Origin: Malacoraja senta
Taxonomy: Eukaryota
NCBI GenBank assembly: GCA_038087875.1
Contig: JAXLNO010000146.1
Coordinates: 434,001 to 498,000 of the forward strand
DNA: 64,000 nucleotides
Direction: 5' to 3'
In this document: in pieces, positions 1 to 13,030 of the stretch
Layout: each line of letters opens with the position of its first letter
How positions within the stretch are numbered: position 1 is the first letter of the stretch
Notes under the pieces: model-generated
The model's database searches: none
What the model was told of the DNA's origin: nothing
The model's input: the letters and a program-made list of their open reading frames with translations, nothing else
Translations under genes and position numbers: made by a program

Positions 1-1545
1 CTACACTATATTCCATCTGCCACTTCTCTGCCCACTGTGCGGGTCCTTCTGCGGAGTCCCTGCTTTCTCTATATTACCTGCCCCCTCCACCTATTTTCGC
101 ATTATCCGCAACGCCTTCATTTCGTCGTCCACATCATTGTAATACAACGTGAAGTAGCGGCCCTAGTACCGACCCTTGCGGAACTCCACTAGTCACTGCA
201 GCCAACCAGATAAAGCCCCATTTATTGCCACTCTCTGCCTTCTGTCATCCAGCCAACCTGCCATCCATGCTAATATCTGCCCTTTGATACCATGGGTTCT
301 CATCTTCCACAGCAGTCTAAGGTGTAGCAACTTATCAAAGACTTTCTGAAAATCTAGGTAAAAAACATTTACTGACTGTCTTTTGTCCTGCTATTTCCTT
401 CTTCAAAGAATTCCAGCAAATTTGTCACAAAGCCATGCTGACTTCGGGCTATTTGATCATGAACTTCTAGGTACTCTGTAACCTCATCCTTTATATGGAT
501 TCTAAAATCTTAACCAACCACTGAAGTCAGACTAACCGGCCGACAGTTCCCACTATTCTGCATTGCTCCCTTCTTGTGCAGCGGGGTAATATCGGCAATT
601 TTCCAATCATCTGGAACCACTCCTGGCTCCAGCGATTCTTGAAATATCACTATCCATGCCTCCACAATCGTTAAAGCCACCTCTTTCAGAACCTTAGGGT
701 GCAGTCCATCTGGTCCAGTTTACATCCACCTTCAGCCATTTCAGCTTCCCAAGTACCACCTCCCCAGTAATAGCCAGTCCACCGACTTCCACCCCCTGAC
801 TCCCATGAATTTCGGGCAAGTTTCAGGTGTTTTCCACTGTGAAGACTGCGAAAATGTTATTCATCTCCTCTGCCATTTCTTTATTCCCCATTATCACTTT
901 TCCTGCATAATTTCCCAGCGGTTCAACCTCTTTCTTACACTTTATGTAACCGAAGAAGCACTTGCTATCCTATTTTATATTATTGGCTAGCTTACCTTCG
1001 TATTTCATCTTTTCTCCCTGTATTGCCTTTAGAGTTAACTTCTATTGCTCTTGAAAAGCTATCCAATCCTCGGGCTTCCGGCTAATCATTGCTATGTTAT
1101 ACACCTTCTCTTTTAGTTTTCTACTGCCCTTAACTTCCCTTGTCAGCCACTGTCGTCTCTTTCTCCCCCGAGAATCTTTCTTCTTCGTCGGAATAAAAAG
1201 ATCCGGCATTACCGGATTATTCCCAGAAATTCCTGCCATTGCTGTTCCACGGTCATCCCTGGTAGGGTCCCTATCAGTCAACTTTGGCTAGCTCCTCCCT
1301 CATGCCTCTGTAGTCCCCTTTGCCCAGACGCAATACCGACACATCCGATATCACATTATCCTTCTCAAATTGCAGATTAAAACTTATCATATTGTGGTCG
1401 CTACCTCCTAATGGTTTCTTTACCTTGGGTTTCTTTATCAAATTCGGTTCATTACACACCACTAAATCCAGAATGGTCTTGTCCCAGGTAGGTTTAGAGC
1501 AAGCTGCTCTAAGCATCCATCTCGGAGGCACTCCACCAATCTCGG
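1..1545 (-). mobile_element. CR1-clade LINE, degenerate ORF2 fragment (endonuclease to RT)
   Basis: Minus-strand peptides ILDLVVCNEP..PLGGSDHN..KGDYRGMREELAKVD and KVYNIAMISRKPEDW match the intact CR1 ORF2 at 41355-44249; many frameshifts. Confidence 0.9.
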
Positions 1546-2660
1546 TTCCACGGAGATCCCCTCCGAAGCGACGTGCTGAAAACGCATTGTCGCAATCGGC
1601 GGGTCGAATTTGCCACCTGTGGCCGGGAATCTGGAACTCCGGTCCACACAGTTCAGGCGGATGCATCCCCATAGCTGACTTCCGAGGCCGAATTTGCGGG
1701 CATGTGTCTCGGCTCCGCGGCGGATAAGGATCGCCATTCGATCGGCGCGGTAATCCGCGTCGGACAGCGGGGTCGCCGTGCGCTCGCAGCCTATCGCGAT
1801 TTAGACACATTCTCGGAAGCTGTACACATACATACACGTTCGGTCACCAGTTGACGTGTCGTGAACCGAACATAGCGCCGCCGACTCTTCGGGTGTCTCC
1901 GAACACCGTGCTTCACCGCCGAGTACTTCACCGACGCCCCGTGCGGAAAACGCGATGTTGTAATCGGCGGGTCGAATCTGTCTCATGCAGTCGGGTCTCA
2001 GGAACTCCGGCCCGGCCTGACCGAGTGGATCCATCCCCATAGAAGACATCGGAGGCCGAATCTGTGGGCTTGTATCTCGGCTCCGCGGCGGCGTCGGCTG
2101 GACGTTCCGGTGCGTATCAACTCGTCGCGGCAGTCCGCTGTGGAGATCGAGATCGCCGGGCATCTCACAGCCTACCGGGATTTCAGGAGGTTCCCGGCAG
2201 CGGTACATGCACTCGGTCATGTCACCAGTTGAAGATTCTCGGCCCGATCGGGGGTCACCGATTCTTCTGGTGTTTCCAAACCCCGTGCAGCGCCCACCGA
2301 GCTCCCCGCCGAAACCCCCGTGCTGAAAACAGGATGTTGGAACCGGCGGGTCGAATCTGCCGCCTACAGCCAGGGTTCTGGATCTCCGGCCCGGCCAGTC
2401 CGGCTGCATCCATCCCCATAGCCGACTTACAAGGCCGAATTTGCGGGCCTGTATCGCAGCCCGCACGTCGGCTTGGGCTCGCTGTTTCGGTGCTCAACGA
2501 GTCATCGCGGAAGTCCGCGTTGGAGAGCCGGGGTCGCCGGGTACCCCCCGGATTTACCGCGATTTCGGCAGATTTCCCAGCAGCGGTACTCACGCGACTG
2601 ATCAACGGTGGAGGAATCGCCGCACGCTCGAGGGGCAGACGACTCTTCCTCTGTCTCCGA
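1546..2660. repeat. GC/CpG-rich degenerate tandem repeat, ~3 units of ~370-380 bp
   Basis: Motif GTGC(T/G)GAAAAC..CGGCGGGTCGAAT..CATCCCCATAG..GGCCGAAT recurs at ~1572, ~1941 and ~2320. Confidence 0.8.
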
Positions 2661-2664
2661 ACAT

Positions 2665-2980
2665 TATGCAGTACCGGTGTTGGGCCGTAACTGTTTACCA
2701 TATATATTAATGATTTAGTATATGGAATTAGGAGCAACACTAGCAAGTTTGCGGATGACACAAAGCTGGGTGGCAGTGTGAACTGTGAAGAGGGATGTTC
2801 AGTATAGGAGTAGATAGGTTCTTCTGCAGTTGTATGGGGCTCTGGTAAGACCACATCTGTAGCATTGCGCACAGTTTTGGTCGCCTAATTTGAGGAAGGA
2901 CATCCTTGTAATTGAGGCAGTGCAGCGTAGGTTTACGAGATTGATCCCTGGGATAGCGGGACTGTCATATGAGGAAAGAT
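2665..2980 (+). mobile_element. CR1 RT fragment with internal deletions
   Basis: Encodes ..SKFADDTKLGG.. and RKDILVIEAVQRRFTRLIPGIAGLSYEER; ends abruptly at the L1 3' end. Confidence 0.85.
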
Positions 2981-3284
2981 TTAAAAAAAAAATTTTTAAA
3001 TATTTTTATTTTATTAGAAGTAAGTACAATTGTATACAATCATATTTTCATAATACCTTTTATGTACAGCTTCTGATTTTAAATTTTTTTTGAAATAAAG
3101 AAGAAAAAGAAAAAAGTTAGATAATGAAAAATAGAAAAATGTGAGATATATAGTGTGTGAAAAAGAAAAATAAAGAATTGAAATAAGAAAGTTGAGACAT
3201 AGAAAATAGAAGAAAGAGAATAAATGAAAAGAAGAGAAGAAAAGAAAATAGAAGGAGATCATTTATAATCTTGACCATCCGCAG

Positions 3285-6200
3285 TCACGGATTAGCTTTT
3301 ACACCTGTTTTTGCACCATACGTTTCCAAAAAGACGACAAATGGAGACCAACTCGTTATGAATTGGTCAAATTTATCTATTAGGAGGAATCGCATTTCCT
3401 CAAGATGTGCGGTATCCAACATACTTGCAATCCACATTTTGAGCGTTGGTATTGGTTTATTTTTCCAAAATTTCAATATTATTTTTTTTGCTATTATTAA
3501 ACCATAATTAAAAATTGACTTTTGAGATGAGCTCAATTTGTTCCCGTCTTCCATTACCCCAAATATAATCAATTCATTATTGGGTTCCATTTTTGTCTTA
3601 AATAGTTTTGTAAATATTTCGAAAATATCACTCCAAAATCCATGAAGTTTTATACAAGAAACAAAAGAGTGTGTTATAGTTGCTTCTTGGGTTAAACATT
3701 TATCGCAAATGGGCGATATATTTGGATAAAAGTTATTTAATCTTGTTTTTGAGTAATATAATCTATGTAAAATTTTTAATTGGATTAGATTATGTCTTGC
3801 GTTAATCGAACACTTGTGAATGTATGTCAAATACTTTTCCCATGTAGCCTTCGTAATTTTTATCAATAATTCCCGTTCCCACTCTTCTCTAATTACCTCG
3901 GTCACAGGTAAATCTATATTTAAGATACTATTATATAAATATGCTATTAATTTTTGTGTATCAGCTTTTATATTCATTACTTCTTCTAGTAAATCAGGAG
4001 TTATTTTTTGATATCCCTGTATGTATGTCTTCAAAAAATTACAAATCTGAAAATATTTAAAATAATGAGTGTTTTTCAGTTTAAATTTTAATTGTAATTG
4101 TTGAAATGATAATAAATCTCCCATTTCATACATATCCCCGATCCTTTTAATTCCTAAACTTTCCCATTGATTATATATTTTATCCATCATAGATGGTTTA
4201 AATAAAGGATTATTCGCTATCGGTGTTAACAATGATAGGTTTCTTAATTTTAAGGATAGTTTTATTTGTTTCCATATTCTTATTGTATCTTGTATAATTG
4301 GGTTTTTCTTATATATTGTATTGTTCATTTTTTTCGGGGAGAAGAGGATTGTTCCTATATTACAAGGATAACAATCCTCTTTCTCCATTTTTATCCATTC
4401 TGTCTGTTGAGTTGAACTATCCAACCAGTAAATTATATTCTTAATATGTATTGCCCAATAGTAATACAAAAAATTAGGGAGTGAAAGTCCCCCGACATCT
4501 TTTGGTTTACATAAGTGTTCTTTTTTAATTCTATGTGATTTGTAATCCCAAACAAAATTAGTAATATTAGCGTTCAGTTTAGAGAAAAAATATTTTGGTA
4601 CATATACTGGTATAGATTGAAATAAGTATAATAACTGTGGTAAGAAGCTCATTTCAATAGCATTTATTCTGCCTATTAATGATAAAGGGAGTGTTTTCCA
4701 AAATTTTATCATTATATTAAGTTTATTTATTAAGGGTATAAAATTAGCATTGAATAAAGCTTTATGTTTTCTAGTAATCTGTATACCCAGATAATTGAAT
4801 TTTTCTGCTATTTTAAAGGGGAATTTCAATAAGTGTGTGGATTCTTGAGGTTTTAACGTCATAATTTCACTTTTGTTCCAGTTTATTCTATATCCTGAAA
4901 AGGACCCAAATTCCTCTATTAAATTTAATAAATTTGGTATGCTCGTTTGTGAATTTGTTATATATAACAAAATATCGTCTGCATACAATGAAATTTTATT
5001 ATTTGAGTCCCTAGTATTATAACCCTGAATATTCGGATGGCTTCTTATACTTTCAGCCAGAGGTTCTATCATAAGGGCAAATAGCAGGGGTGATAAAGCA
5101 CATCCCTGCCTATTACCCCTTGATAATTGAAAATTTTGAGATAACATGTTGTTAGTTAATATTCTTGCCATCGGTTTATCATATAATAATTTCACCCATG
5201 CAATAAAATTCTCTCCCATATTAAATGTTTGTAATACTATGTATAAATACTGCCATTCTACCTGATCAAATGCTTTCTCTGCGTCCAAAGAAATAATTGC
5301 TAAGTCTTTTTCTTCCTTTTTATGTGAGTACATTATATTAAACAGGCGTCTCAAATTATTAAATGAATATCTTTTGGGTATAAACCCCATTTGATCAGGG
5401 TTTATCAATTTACTAATATATTTGCTTAGTCTTCTAGCTAAAGTCTTTGCTAGAATTTTCTGGTCGGTATTTAAAAGTGATATAGCTCTATATGAGCCCA
5501 GTTCCTCTAGATCTTTATCTTTCTTTGGAATCAGCGTAATAGTTGATTCTGCTAATGTTTCAGGTAATTTATTTTCTTTAAAAACGTGAGTATATAAATT
5601 AAATAGATAGGGGGTCGTTATCTCATGAAACTTTTTATAAAATTCATTACTAAAACCATCTGGTCCCCGTGTCTTACCATTTTTCAGCAATTTTATTGTT
5701 TCACCTATTTCTTCGATTGTAATTTGCGCTCCTAGTTCTTCTTGTTCCAAAAGGTCAAGTTTTGGTAGATTACATTTATCTAAAAAATTTGTAATTTTAC
5801 TATCTTCTGTTTTGGTTTTTGATGTGTATAAATTCTGATAAAATTGAACAAATCTTTTATTGATATCTTTAGGTAGTGTTAGTAATTCACCATTCTCAGA
5901 TTTAATTTTATTTATAGTATTTTCCTTTTCCTGTTTTTTCAATTGACGCGCCAACAGCTTATGTGGTTTGTCACCAAACTCAAAATGTTCCTGTTTTGTA
6001 ATTTGGAATAATCTTATTACTCTTGCCGAGAGAATTCGGTTAAGTTTAAATTTCAGTAGTATTATCTTATTATGTTTATTTATAGTGGGATCTTTAGCAT
6101 TATCTAACTCTAACTGTCTTATTTCTTGTTCTAACAGCATCTGTTCTGTTTTATTCTTCTTATTTTGAAAAATTTCATATGAAATTATAATTCCTCTAAT

Positions 6201-7104
6201 AAATGCTTTAAAAGTTTCCCATATTAAAGAAGGTGAGGTACCTGGTGTATCATTTATCTCAAAAAATGATATCATTTGTTGTTTCAAATATTGATAACCC
6301 TGTAAGTCATTTAATATATATGTGTTAAACCTCCAAAAAAAATTCTTTCCCGGCATTCCTTCAAATTTTACTAAAAAAGTCAATGGAGAGTGATCAGAAA
6401 TACTACTAATATGGTAAGTTGGGTTAATTATATATGGCATTAATTTCCTATCCACTAAAAAATAATCAATTCTTGAGTATGTTTTATGTACCGAAGAGTA
6501 AAACGAGTATTCCCTTCCTGCTCGGTTAGCAGATCTCCATACATCTGTTATGTTAGTATTTTTTATATATATATTTAGAAATTCACTAGTCTTAGATTTT
6601 GTATTACTCCTTCTTTGTTTTGCTGATTTGTCTAAGTATGGATCTAAAACAGTTGAAATCCCCTCCTATTATGACATTTTGATAATTAAACTCCAGTATT
6701 ATATCTATAATTTTCTCAAAAAATTGAGGGTTATCAAAATTCGGAGCGTAAATATTTACCATAGTTATTGGGGTAGCATAAATTTCTCCCGAAACTATAA
6801 TATACCTTCCCTCTTTATCTGATATAGTATTCTTTAATTTGAATGGTATACCTTTTCGAATAAGAATAGCCGTACCTCTAGATTTAGAAGTAAATGACGA
6901 ATAATATGTTTGGCCTATCCACTTCGCCTTTAATCTCATTTGTGTTTCCTGTTTCATGTGAGTTTCTTGCAAGTAGATTATGTCGCTTTTCAAAGATTTT
7001 AGGTGAGCAAAAATTTTACCCCTCTTTATTGGTTCATTGGCACCCCTTATATTCCAACTACAGAATGTGATTCCTCCATTCTTTATTTGCCTATCGTCCT
7101 GCAT
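3285..7104 (-). pseudogene. L1 ORF2 (APE endonuclease, RT, C-terminal CCHC), one frameshift
   Basis: SWNIRG, LQETH, GGDFN, SDH endonuclease motifs; LDAEKAFD, RQGCALSP, YADD RT motifs; CDKC..H....C. A 2-nt deletion at ~6650 relative to the copy at 27901 joins ORFs 6604-7104 and 3285-6455. Confidence 0.92.
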
Positions 7105-8048
7105 TGTATATCAAAGTGATGTTCTTGAAACATATGGTGCAAACAAATACCTCCGTGTTCTGGACGTTGGGTGGTCATTCCAAATTTTTAAGTTTACATT
7201 ACATCTCCATCTCCAAAAGTGCCTTAGATAAAGCAAGAAAAGTTGTGATTTACAATTAATTAAGTGATTTAAAAAAAAAGTGAAATTAAGGTATCTAAAA
7301 GCAGGTACCTTAAAGACAAATAGCCACCTAAGGCGGCGAAAGAATTATAGACTTCCTTTGATGTTATTTTACAGTGAGCCCCAATCCCTTATTAACACCT
7401 CGTAAAAAAAAAAAACTACAAACCGTCTCGTTTATTCTTGTATAACTTTATCAAACTAGCGTTAGTAAAATGCCCACCAAAAAAATAATTTTAAAAAAAA
7501 TTAGTAATAATAATAATAATAATAACAAAAATATGCAAAGATAAAATATTAAAGAGTTAAAAAAAAAAGAAAAAATTAATGTAATTAAACCCCAAATCCA
7601 AATATAAACCACAACCTATTCTCATTTCTATAAGTATTTGTACTGTACCAATTTATCTAGCCAGCTACCCTACAAGCAGGTACCGAGGGGTTAACCTCAT
7701 TCCTGGATTTTTTCCAAGTTTATGTTGCGTTCCCACTCAAAAAGAAAGAAAGAAAATGTTAGTAATGTTATAGACATTTTGGTTAATTACAATTTATAAG
7801 CAATGGTTTATTCATGATTATTCATATTTACTACACACACTCACATTAATTTTGTTAAAGTTAGTTAGTTAATTGTAATTAGCATATAATAGTTAAATAC
7901 TCATGTTATCTCGTTCTTTGTACGAGAGCTTTTCATTCAAGGTTAAACAATATTGTCCAATACATTCCAGACAGATCTCAGTAACTGTCTGAGAAATCCG
8001 CCAGTTCCAGCTCCATCTTAGAAATTAAAAAGTTCCATGTTCATTCCT

Positions 8049-9072
8049 TTAGTCGTCTTCTTCTGAAGTTTCCGATGCTTTCCTCATGATATCTTCTGCA
8101 TATTTAAATGCTTTTTCTGGGTCTGTAAATGAGCGCTCAATTTCCTTATATGTAATTTTCATTTTTGCAGGAAAAACAATACCATATCTGACTTTAGAAA
8201 TACCCCTCAATATGTTTCTTGTCGGTGTAAACAGGTTCATTCTCTGGACAATCTCTGGAGGATAATCACGGAAAAATCGGATCTTTTCCCCACGATATAT
8301 CAAATTTTCACCATGAACAATCTTCTTCAGTATAGTTTCCACTGAAGAAATATCAAGAAATTTCACAATTATCTGTCTTGGAGCAGCATTTATGCCTCTT
8401 GAGACACGTCCAACTCGTTGAACAGTATCTATTCTTAGTACTCCCGGCAGTTTAAGAACCTCTTTGAGTAATTCAGTAACGAAAGTACGTGTTTGAGATA
8501 CATGTTCTTCTCGTCCTTCTCTTACTCCAACGATTCTCAAATTCTGCCTCCTTGCTCTCGCTTCCAAGTCCAAACATTTGTCAGTCATTCTTGCCAGCTT
8601 TTCTGCTTCATCTTTCTTTGATTTTTTCAGACTGTTTATTTCCATGATCATCTCTTTCATATCACTTTCCATCTCTTCCATTCTCTCGTCAATGTTGTCC
8701 ATCTTAGCATTTACACCAGAAAGCTTCTTATTATAATCCTTTTCGACTAACAATTTCTGAGTTAAGTTTTTTATCAAACTCATTATGTTGCTTCTTCAGC
8801 TCCTTTAACTCATCACAGGCACCATCAATTTTATGAGAAAATATTTCCATATTATTCTCCATACTCTTAATTGTAGTAGTAATTTCTACAAACATTTCCT
8901 TTACCTCCAGCTCTTTCTTTCCTCCTTTTGTAGCCATTTCCAGCACAACTCCTTGGCTATCGGGCTCCTCCTCAGAACCTTCTTCAGTTGTTTGCAGAGT
9001 ATCCAACACACTTTTCAGCTGGAGGCTTATAGTGGTTTTTTTTGGTGCGCGTGAACAAGTCCTCTTGCTCAT
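8049..9072 (-). pseudogene. L1 ORF1p (coiled coil + RRM/CTD), one frameshift
   Basis: LEARARRQNLRIVGVREG, PRQIIVKF, IRFFRDYP, YGIVFPAKMKI; ORFs 8731-9072 and 8049-8783 are joined by one extra A in a run at ~8740. Confidence 0.88.
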
Positions 9073-9230
9073 TTAAAAGTCCGTTATCTAATGATGTTTT
9101 CCTTATGCAAACCAAGCAGCTCCGTTGAGTTATTTTTAACTTTAAAACGGCTTTTTGATTATTTTTACGGGAGTGAAGCTCACTGCAGCGTCCTCAATGT
9201 TCCATGACGCTACCGGAAGTCGCATTTCAT

Positions 9231-9990
9231 TTTTTAAATTAACATTTTATTGGGTTTCATTGTTAAATTCTTTATTTGTTTTCCATTGAATTGAATTATT
9301 TCACACTTAACGTTACTACTTTTTAACACTAACTTTTAATTTCAAAACCCCTCCCTTCCTCTCCCCCTTCCTCTCCCCCTTCCTCTCCTCCGTTCCTCTC
9401 CCCATTCCTCGCCCCCCTCTTCCTCCCCGTCCTCTCAAAAAACTTTTTTCTAACATTATATTTTCAACGTTTGTTCCCTCTTTACCATTTTGAAATTTCT
9501 AAATTACTAACGATTATCTTTAATTCTTAAAGACAACATTTCATTTCAAATACCTTTCTTTAAAAAAAATGTGCATACTTTTCATTGACAGTTTAGAGTC
9601 AAAATAATTGTTAATTCACTTTGTCAGCGTTGAATTTGTTGTTGTTTTTTAAAGATAGTTTGTGGGGGCGGGTGCTTAGAGTCTGTCACTTTGCAGAGGC
9701 GGGCACGCGATCTCCATTCAAACAGACGCTCTCATCTGTGGGGGCGCTTGCTTAGTGAAGAGTGCTTTTCAATTCAAAGATTTTTTTTTAATTAACATTT
9801 GATTGTATTTCATTGTTAAATTCTTTATTTGTTTTACATTGAATTGAATTATTTATCACTTAACATTATTACTTTTTAACACTAACTTTTAATTACAAAT
9901 ACCATTTTAAAATATAAATTTGCTGTCTTTTCATTGACAGCTTAGATTCTAAATCATTGCTTTTTCACTTTGTTAACGTTGAATTTTTAA
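9231..9990. repeat. AT-rich imperfect direct duplication
   Basis: 9231-9345 resembles 9785-9900, and 9580-9637 resembles 9929-9987. Confidence 0.7.
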
Positions 9991-10049
9991 AAATATTGTA
10001 AATATTTTTTAAAATATAGATTAAAAATAATAATTACAACATTAAATTT

Positions 10050-12011
10050 TTCTCCCCATATCCCCTGACTCTGCTATCTTTAAGAGATCTATCTGACTCT
10101 CTCTTGAAAGTATCCAGAGAACCGGCCACCCACCGCATTCTGTGGCAGAGAATTCCACAGACCCAACTCTCTGTGTGAAAAAGTGTTTCCTCATCTCCGT
10201 TCTAAATGGCTTACCCCTTATTCCTAAACTGTGGCCCTTGCTTCTGGACCCCCCCCCCCCCCACTCTCAAACATCGGGAACATGTTTCCTGCCTCTAACG
10301 GGTCCAAACCCTTAATAATCAGATAAGTTTCAATAAGATCCCCTTAAATCCTTCTAAATTCCATAGTATACAAGCCCAGCCGCACCATTCTATCAGCATA
10401 TGACAGTCCCGCTATACCGGGAATAAAATTTGTGAACCTACGCTGCACTCCCTCAATAGCAAGAATGTCCTTCCTCCAATTTGGAGACCAAAACTGCACA
10501 CAATACTCCAGGTGTGGTCTCACTAGGGCCCTGTACAACTGCAGAAGGACCTCTTTGCTCCTACACTGAACTCCTCTTGTTATGAAGGCCAATATGCCAT
10601 TCGCTTTCCCCATTGCCTGCTGTACCTGCATGCTTACTTTTATTGACTTATGAACAAGGACCCCCAGATCCCGTTGTACTTCCCCTTTTCCCAACTTGAG
10701 ACAATTTAGATAATAATCTGCCTACCTGTTGTTGCTACCAAAGTGGATAACCTCACATTTATCCACATTACCCACTCATCCAACCTGTCCAAGTCAGCCT
10801 GCATTCTGCAGGCACATTCCGCAGGCATTGCCACTTTTCATTTCACTGCACATCTCGTATGCGTATGTGACAAATAGACTTGACGACGTGACATTCTCAT
10901 AGCATCCTCCTTACAGTTCCCCTTTTCCAACTTGACACAATTTAGATTCAAGATTCAAGATTTAAGGTTCAAGATTTCTGCCTTCCTGTTTTTGCTACCA
11001 AAGTGGACAATCTCACATTTATCGACATTAAACTGCACCTGCCATGCATCTGCCCACTCACCCAACCTGTCCAAGTCACCCTGCATCCTCCTCACAGTTC
11101 ACACTCCCATCCTGCTTTGTGTCATCTGCAAATTTGCTAATGTTACTTGTAACCCCTTCATCTAAATCATTAATGTATATTGTAAATGGCTGTTTCCCAG
11201 CACCAAGTCTTGCGTACCCCAATAGTCACTGCCTGCCATTCTGAAAGAGACCTATTAATCTCTACTCTTTGTTTCCTGTCTGTCAACCAATTTTCTATCC
11301 ATGTCAGCACTCTACACCCAATACCTTGTGCCCAAATTTTGCCCACTAATCTCCTATGTGGGACCTTATCAAATGCATTCTGAAAGTCCAGGTACACTAC
11401 ATCCACTGGCTCTTCCTTGTCCAATTCCTATTTACATCCTCAAAAAATTCCAGAAAATTAGTCAAGCATGATTTCCCTTCGTAAATCCGCGCTGACTCGG
11501 ACGTATCCTGTTACTGCTATCCAACTGTGCCGCTATTTAATCTTTAAGATCGATTCCAGCATCTTCCTCACCATCGATGTAAGGCTAACTGGTCTAAAAT
11601 TCCCTGTTTTCTCCCTCCCGCCTTTCTTAAAAAGTGTGATAACATTAGCTTCCCTGATCCTGAATCTATAGAACATTGGAAAATGATCACCAATGCGTCC
11701 ACGGTTTCTAGAGCATTTCCTTAAGTACCCTGGGATGCAGACCATCAGGCCCTTGGGATTTATCAGACTTTAGTCCAATCAGTCTACCCAACACCATTTC
11801 CCGCCTAATGTGGATGTCCTTCCGTTCCTCCGTCACCTCAGATCCCCTGGCCACTAGTACATCAGGTAGATTGTTTGTGTTCTCATTAGTGAAGACGGAT
11901 CCAAAGCATCTGTTCAACTCATCTGCCATTTCCTTGTTCCCCATAATAAATTCACCCTTTCGTGTCCTCAAGGGTCCAAATTTGGTCCTAACTATTTATT
12001 TCCTCTTCACA
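10050..12011 (-). mobile_element. CR1 3' half (RT region), with an internal duplication and a short inserted LINE tail
   Basis: Peptides GEFIMGNKEMADELN, PVDVVYLDFQNAFDKVPHRRL, LVRPHLEYCVQFWSP; 10680-10800 is repeated at 10920-11085; foreign piece at ~10810-10890. Confidence 0.9.
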
Positions 12012-13030
12012 TCTATATAACTAAAAGTCTCATCTTGACCACTTCCTGTCTGCGCTGTATATTGATTTTAGAAAAACTGCTACCATATATCGCTATGATT
12101 TTTGTTCATCTTACTCACAGTCCTCCTCCGCTGAGGCAGCCTCGCGGATTTTTCCCATCGATGAAAAATAAAAAATCTTGAGATCAGCTGATTGGTCCTC
12201 TCGCCTGTCAATCACCATGATGAAGGTAACGGCCCTTCCGGAGGGGGGCAGGACTATAAAACCCCGGACGCCTAGACCCGAGTCAGTCACTCTGGAAGAT
12301 CGCGACGGAGAGGCCACAACTGTGATTACCAGCTGTGAATAAACGGAACTGTGAGTGTGCAATGTACTTGCAATAAATGATTTGTTAAGGGCCTGTCCCA
12401 CGGTCATGCGACTCCATGCGGCAAGCGCGACCTAACCGCAAGCGGGGGCCGCGCGGGGGCCGCGCGGAGGTCGGGTGATCCGCGTACAGGGCCGGTCCCA
12501 CCAGCATGCGGCTGCATGCGGCAAGCGTTACCAAATCGGAAGCGGGGGCCGCGCGGATGTGGAGTGACGTCAAGACGGTGCGTACGGCGGCGAGGCGGTG
12601 CGCACGGCCGTCGATGCGGCTGCGGGGCGGCAGGCCGTTGCCGCACGGAATTTTTGAACAGTGTCAGTTTTTCGGAGCCCCGCGCGATCTCGGGACCAGC
12701 TCCGCACAACCATGCGGCACCCGCGATCGAAGTGGGACCGGCCCCGCGACCTCCGCGCGCCCCCCGCACGGCCCCCCGCTTGCGGTTAGGTCGCGCTTGC
12801 CGCATGGAGTCGCATGCCCGTGGGACAGGCCCTTTAGCGTTTAACCTTTTGTAGTGCAGCATTTCAAAGCAGTTACCACCACCAACATCCATTTGCAGTG
12901 CAGCATTTCAAAGCAGTTAACACCACCAACAACCGTGTGCAGTGCAGCATTTCAAAGCACTTACCACCACCAACATCCATTTGCAGTGCAGCATTTCAAA
13001 GCAGTAACACCACCAACAACCGTTTGCAGT
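12012..13030 (+). mobile_element. Non-autonomous Helitron A, 5' part
   Basis: Starts A|TCTATATAACTAAAAGTCTCATCTTGACC, homologous to the termini at 23480(-) and 38175(-); interrupts CR1 at an A|T site; contains the MITE and the 42-bp array. Confidence 0.8.
12388..12833. mobile_element. PIF/Harbinger-type MITE (446 bp)
   Basis: Long TIRs AGGGCCTGTCCCACG..CATGCGACTCCATGCGGCAAGCGCGACCTAACCGCAAGCGGGGGCC; TTA target duplication at 12385-12387 and 12834-12836. Confidence 0.9.

Larger units (their letters stand above)
2981..9222 (-). mobile_element. Full-length L1-clade LINE (5' UTR, ORF1, ~940-bp spacer, ORF2, 3' UTR)
   Basis: 5' end GACTTCCGG at ~9220 (minus); ORF1 and ORF2 present; minus-strand AATAAA and A/T-rich end near 2981-3015. 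Confidence 0.92.

Noticed and set aside
1274..2872. Several 180-220-aa GC-rich ORFs
   Set aside because: Overlap in many frames across a tandem repeat and CR1 junctions; no recognisable domain
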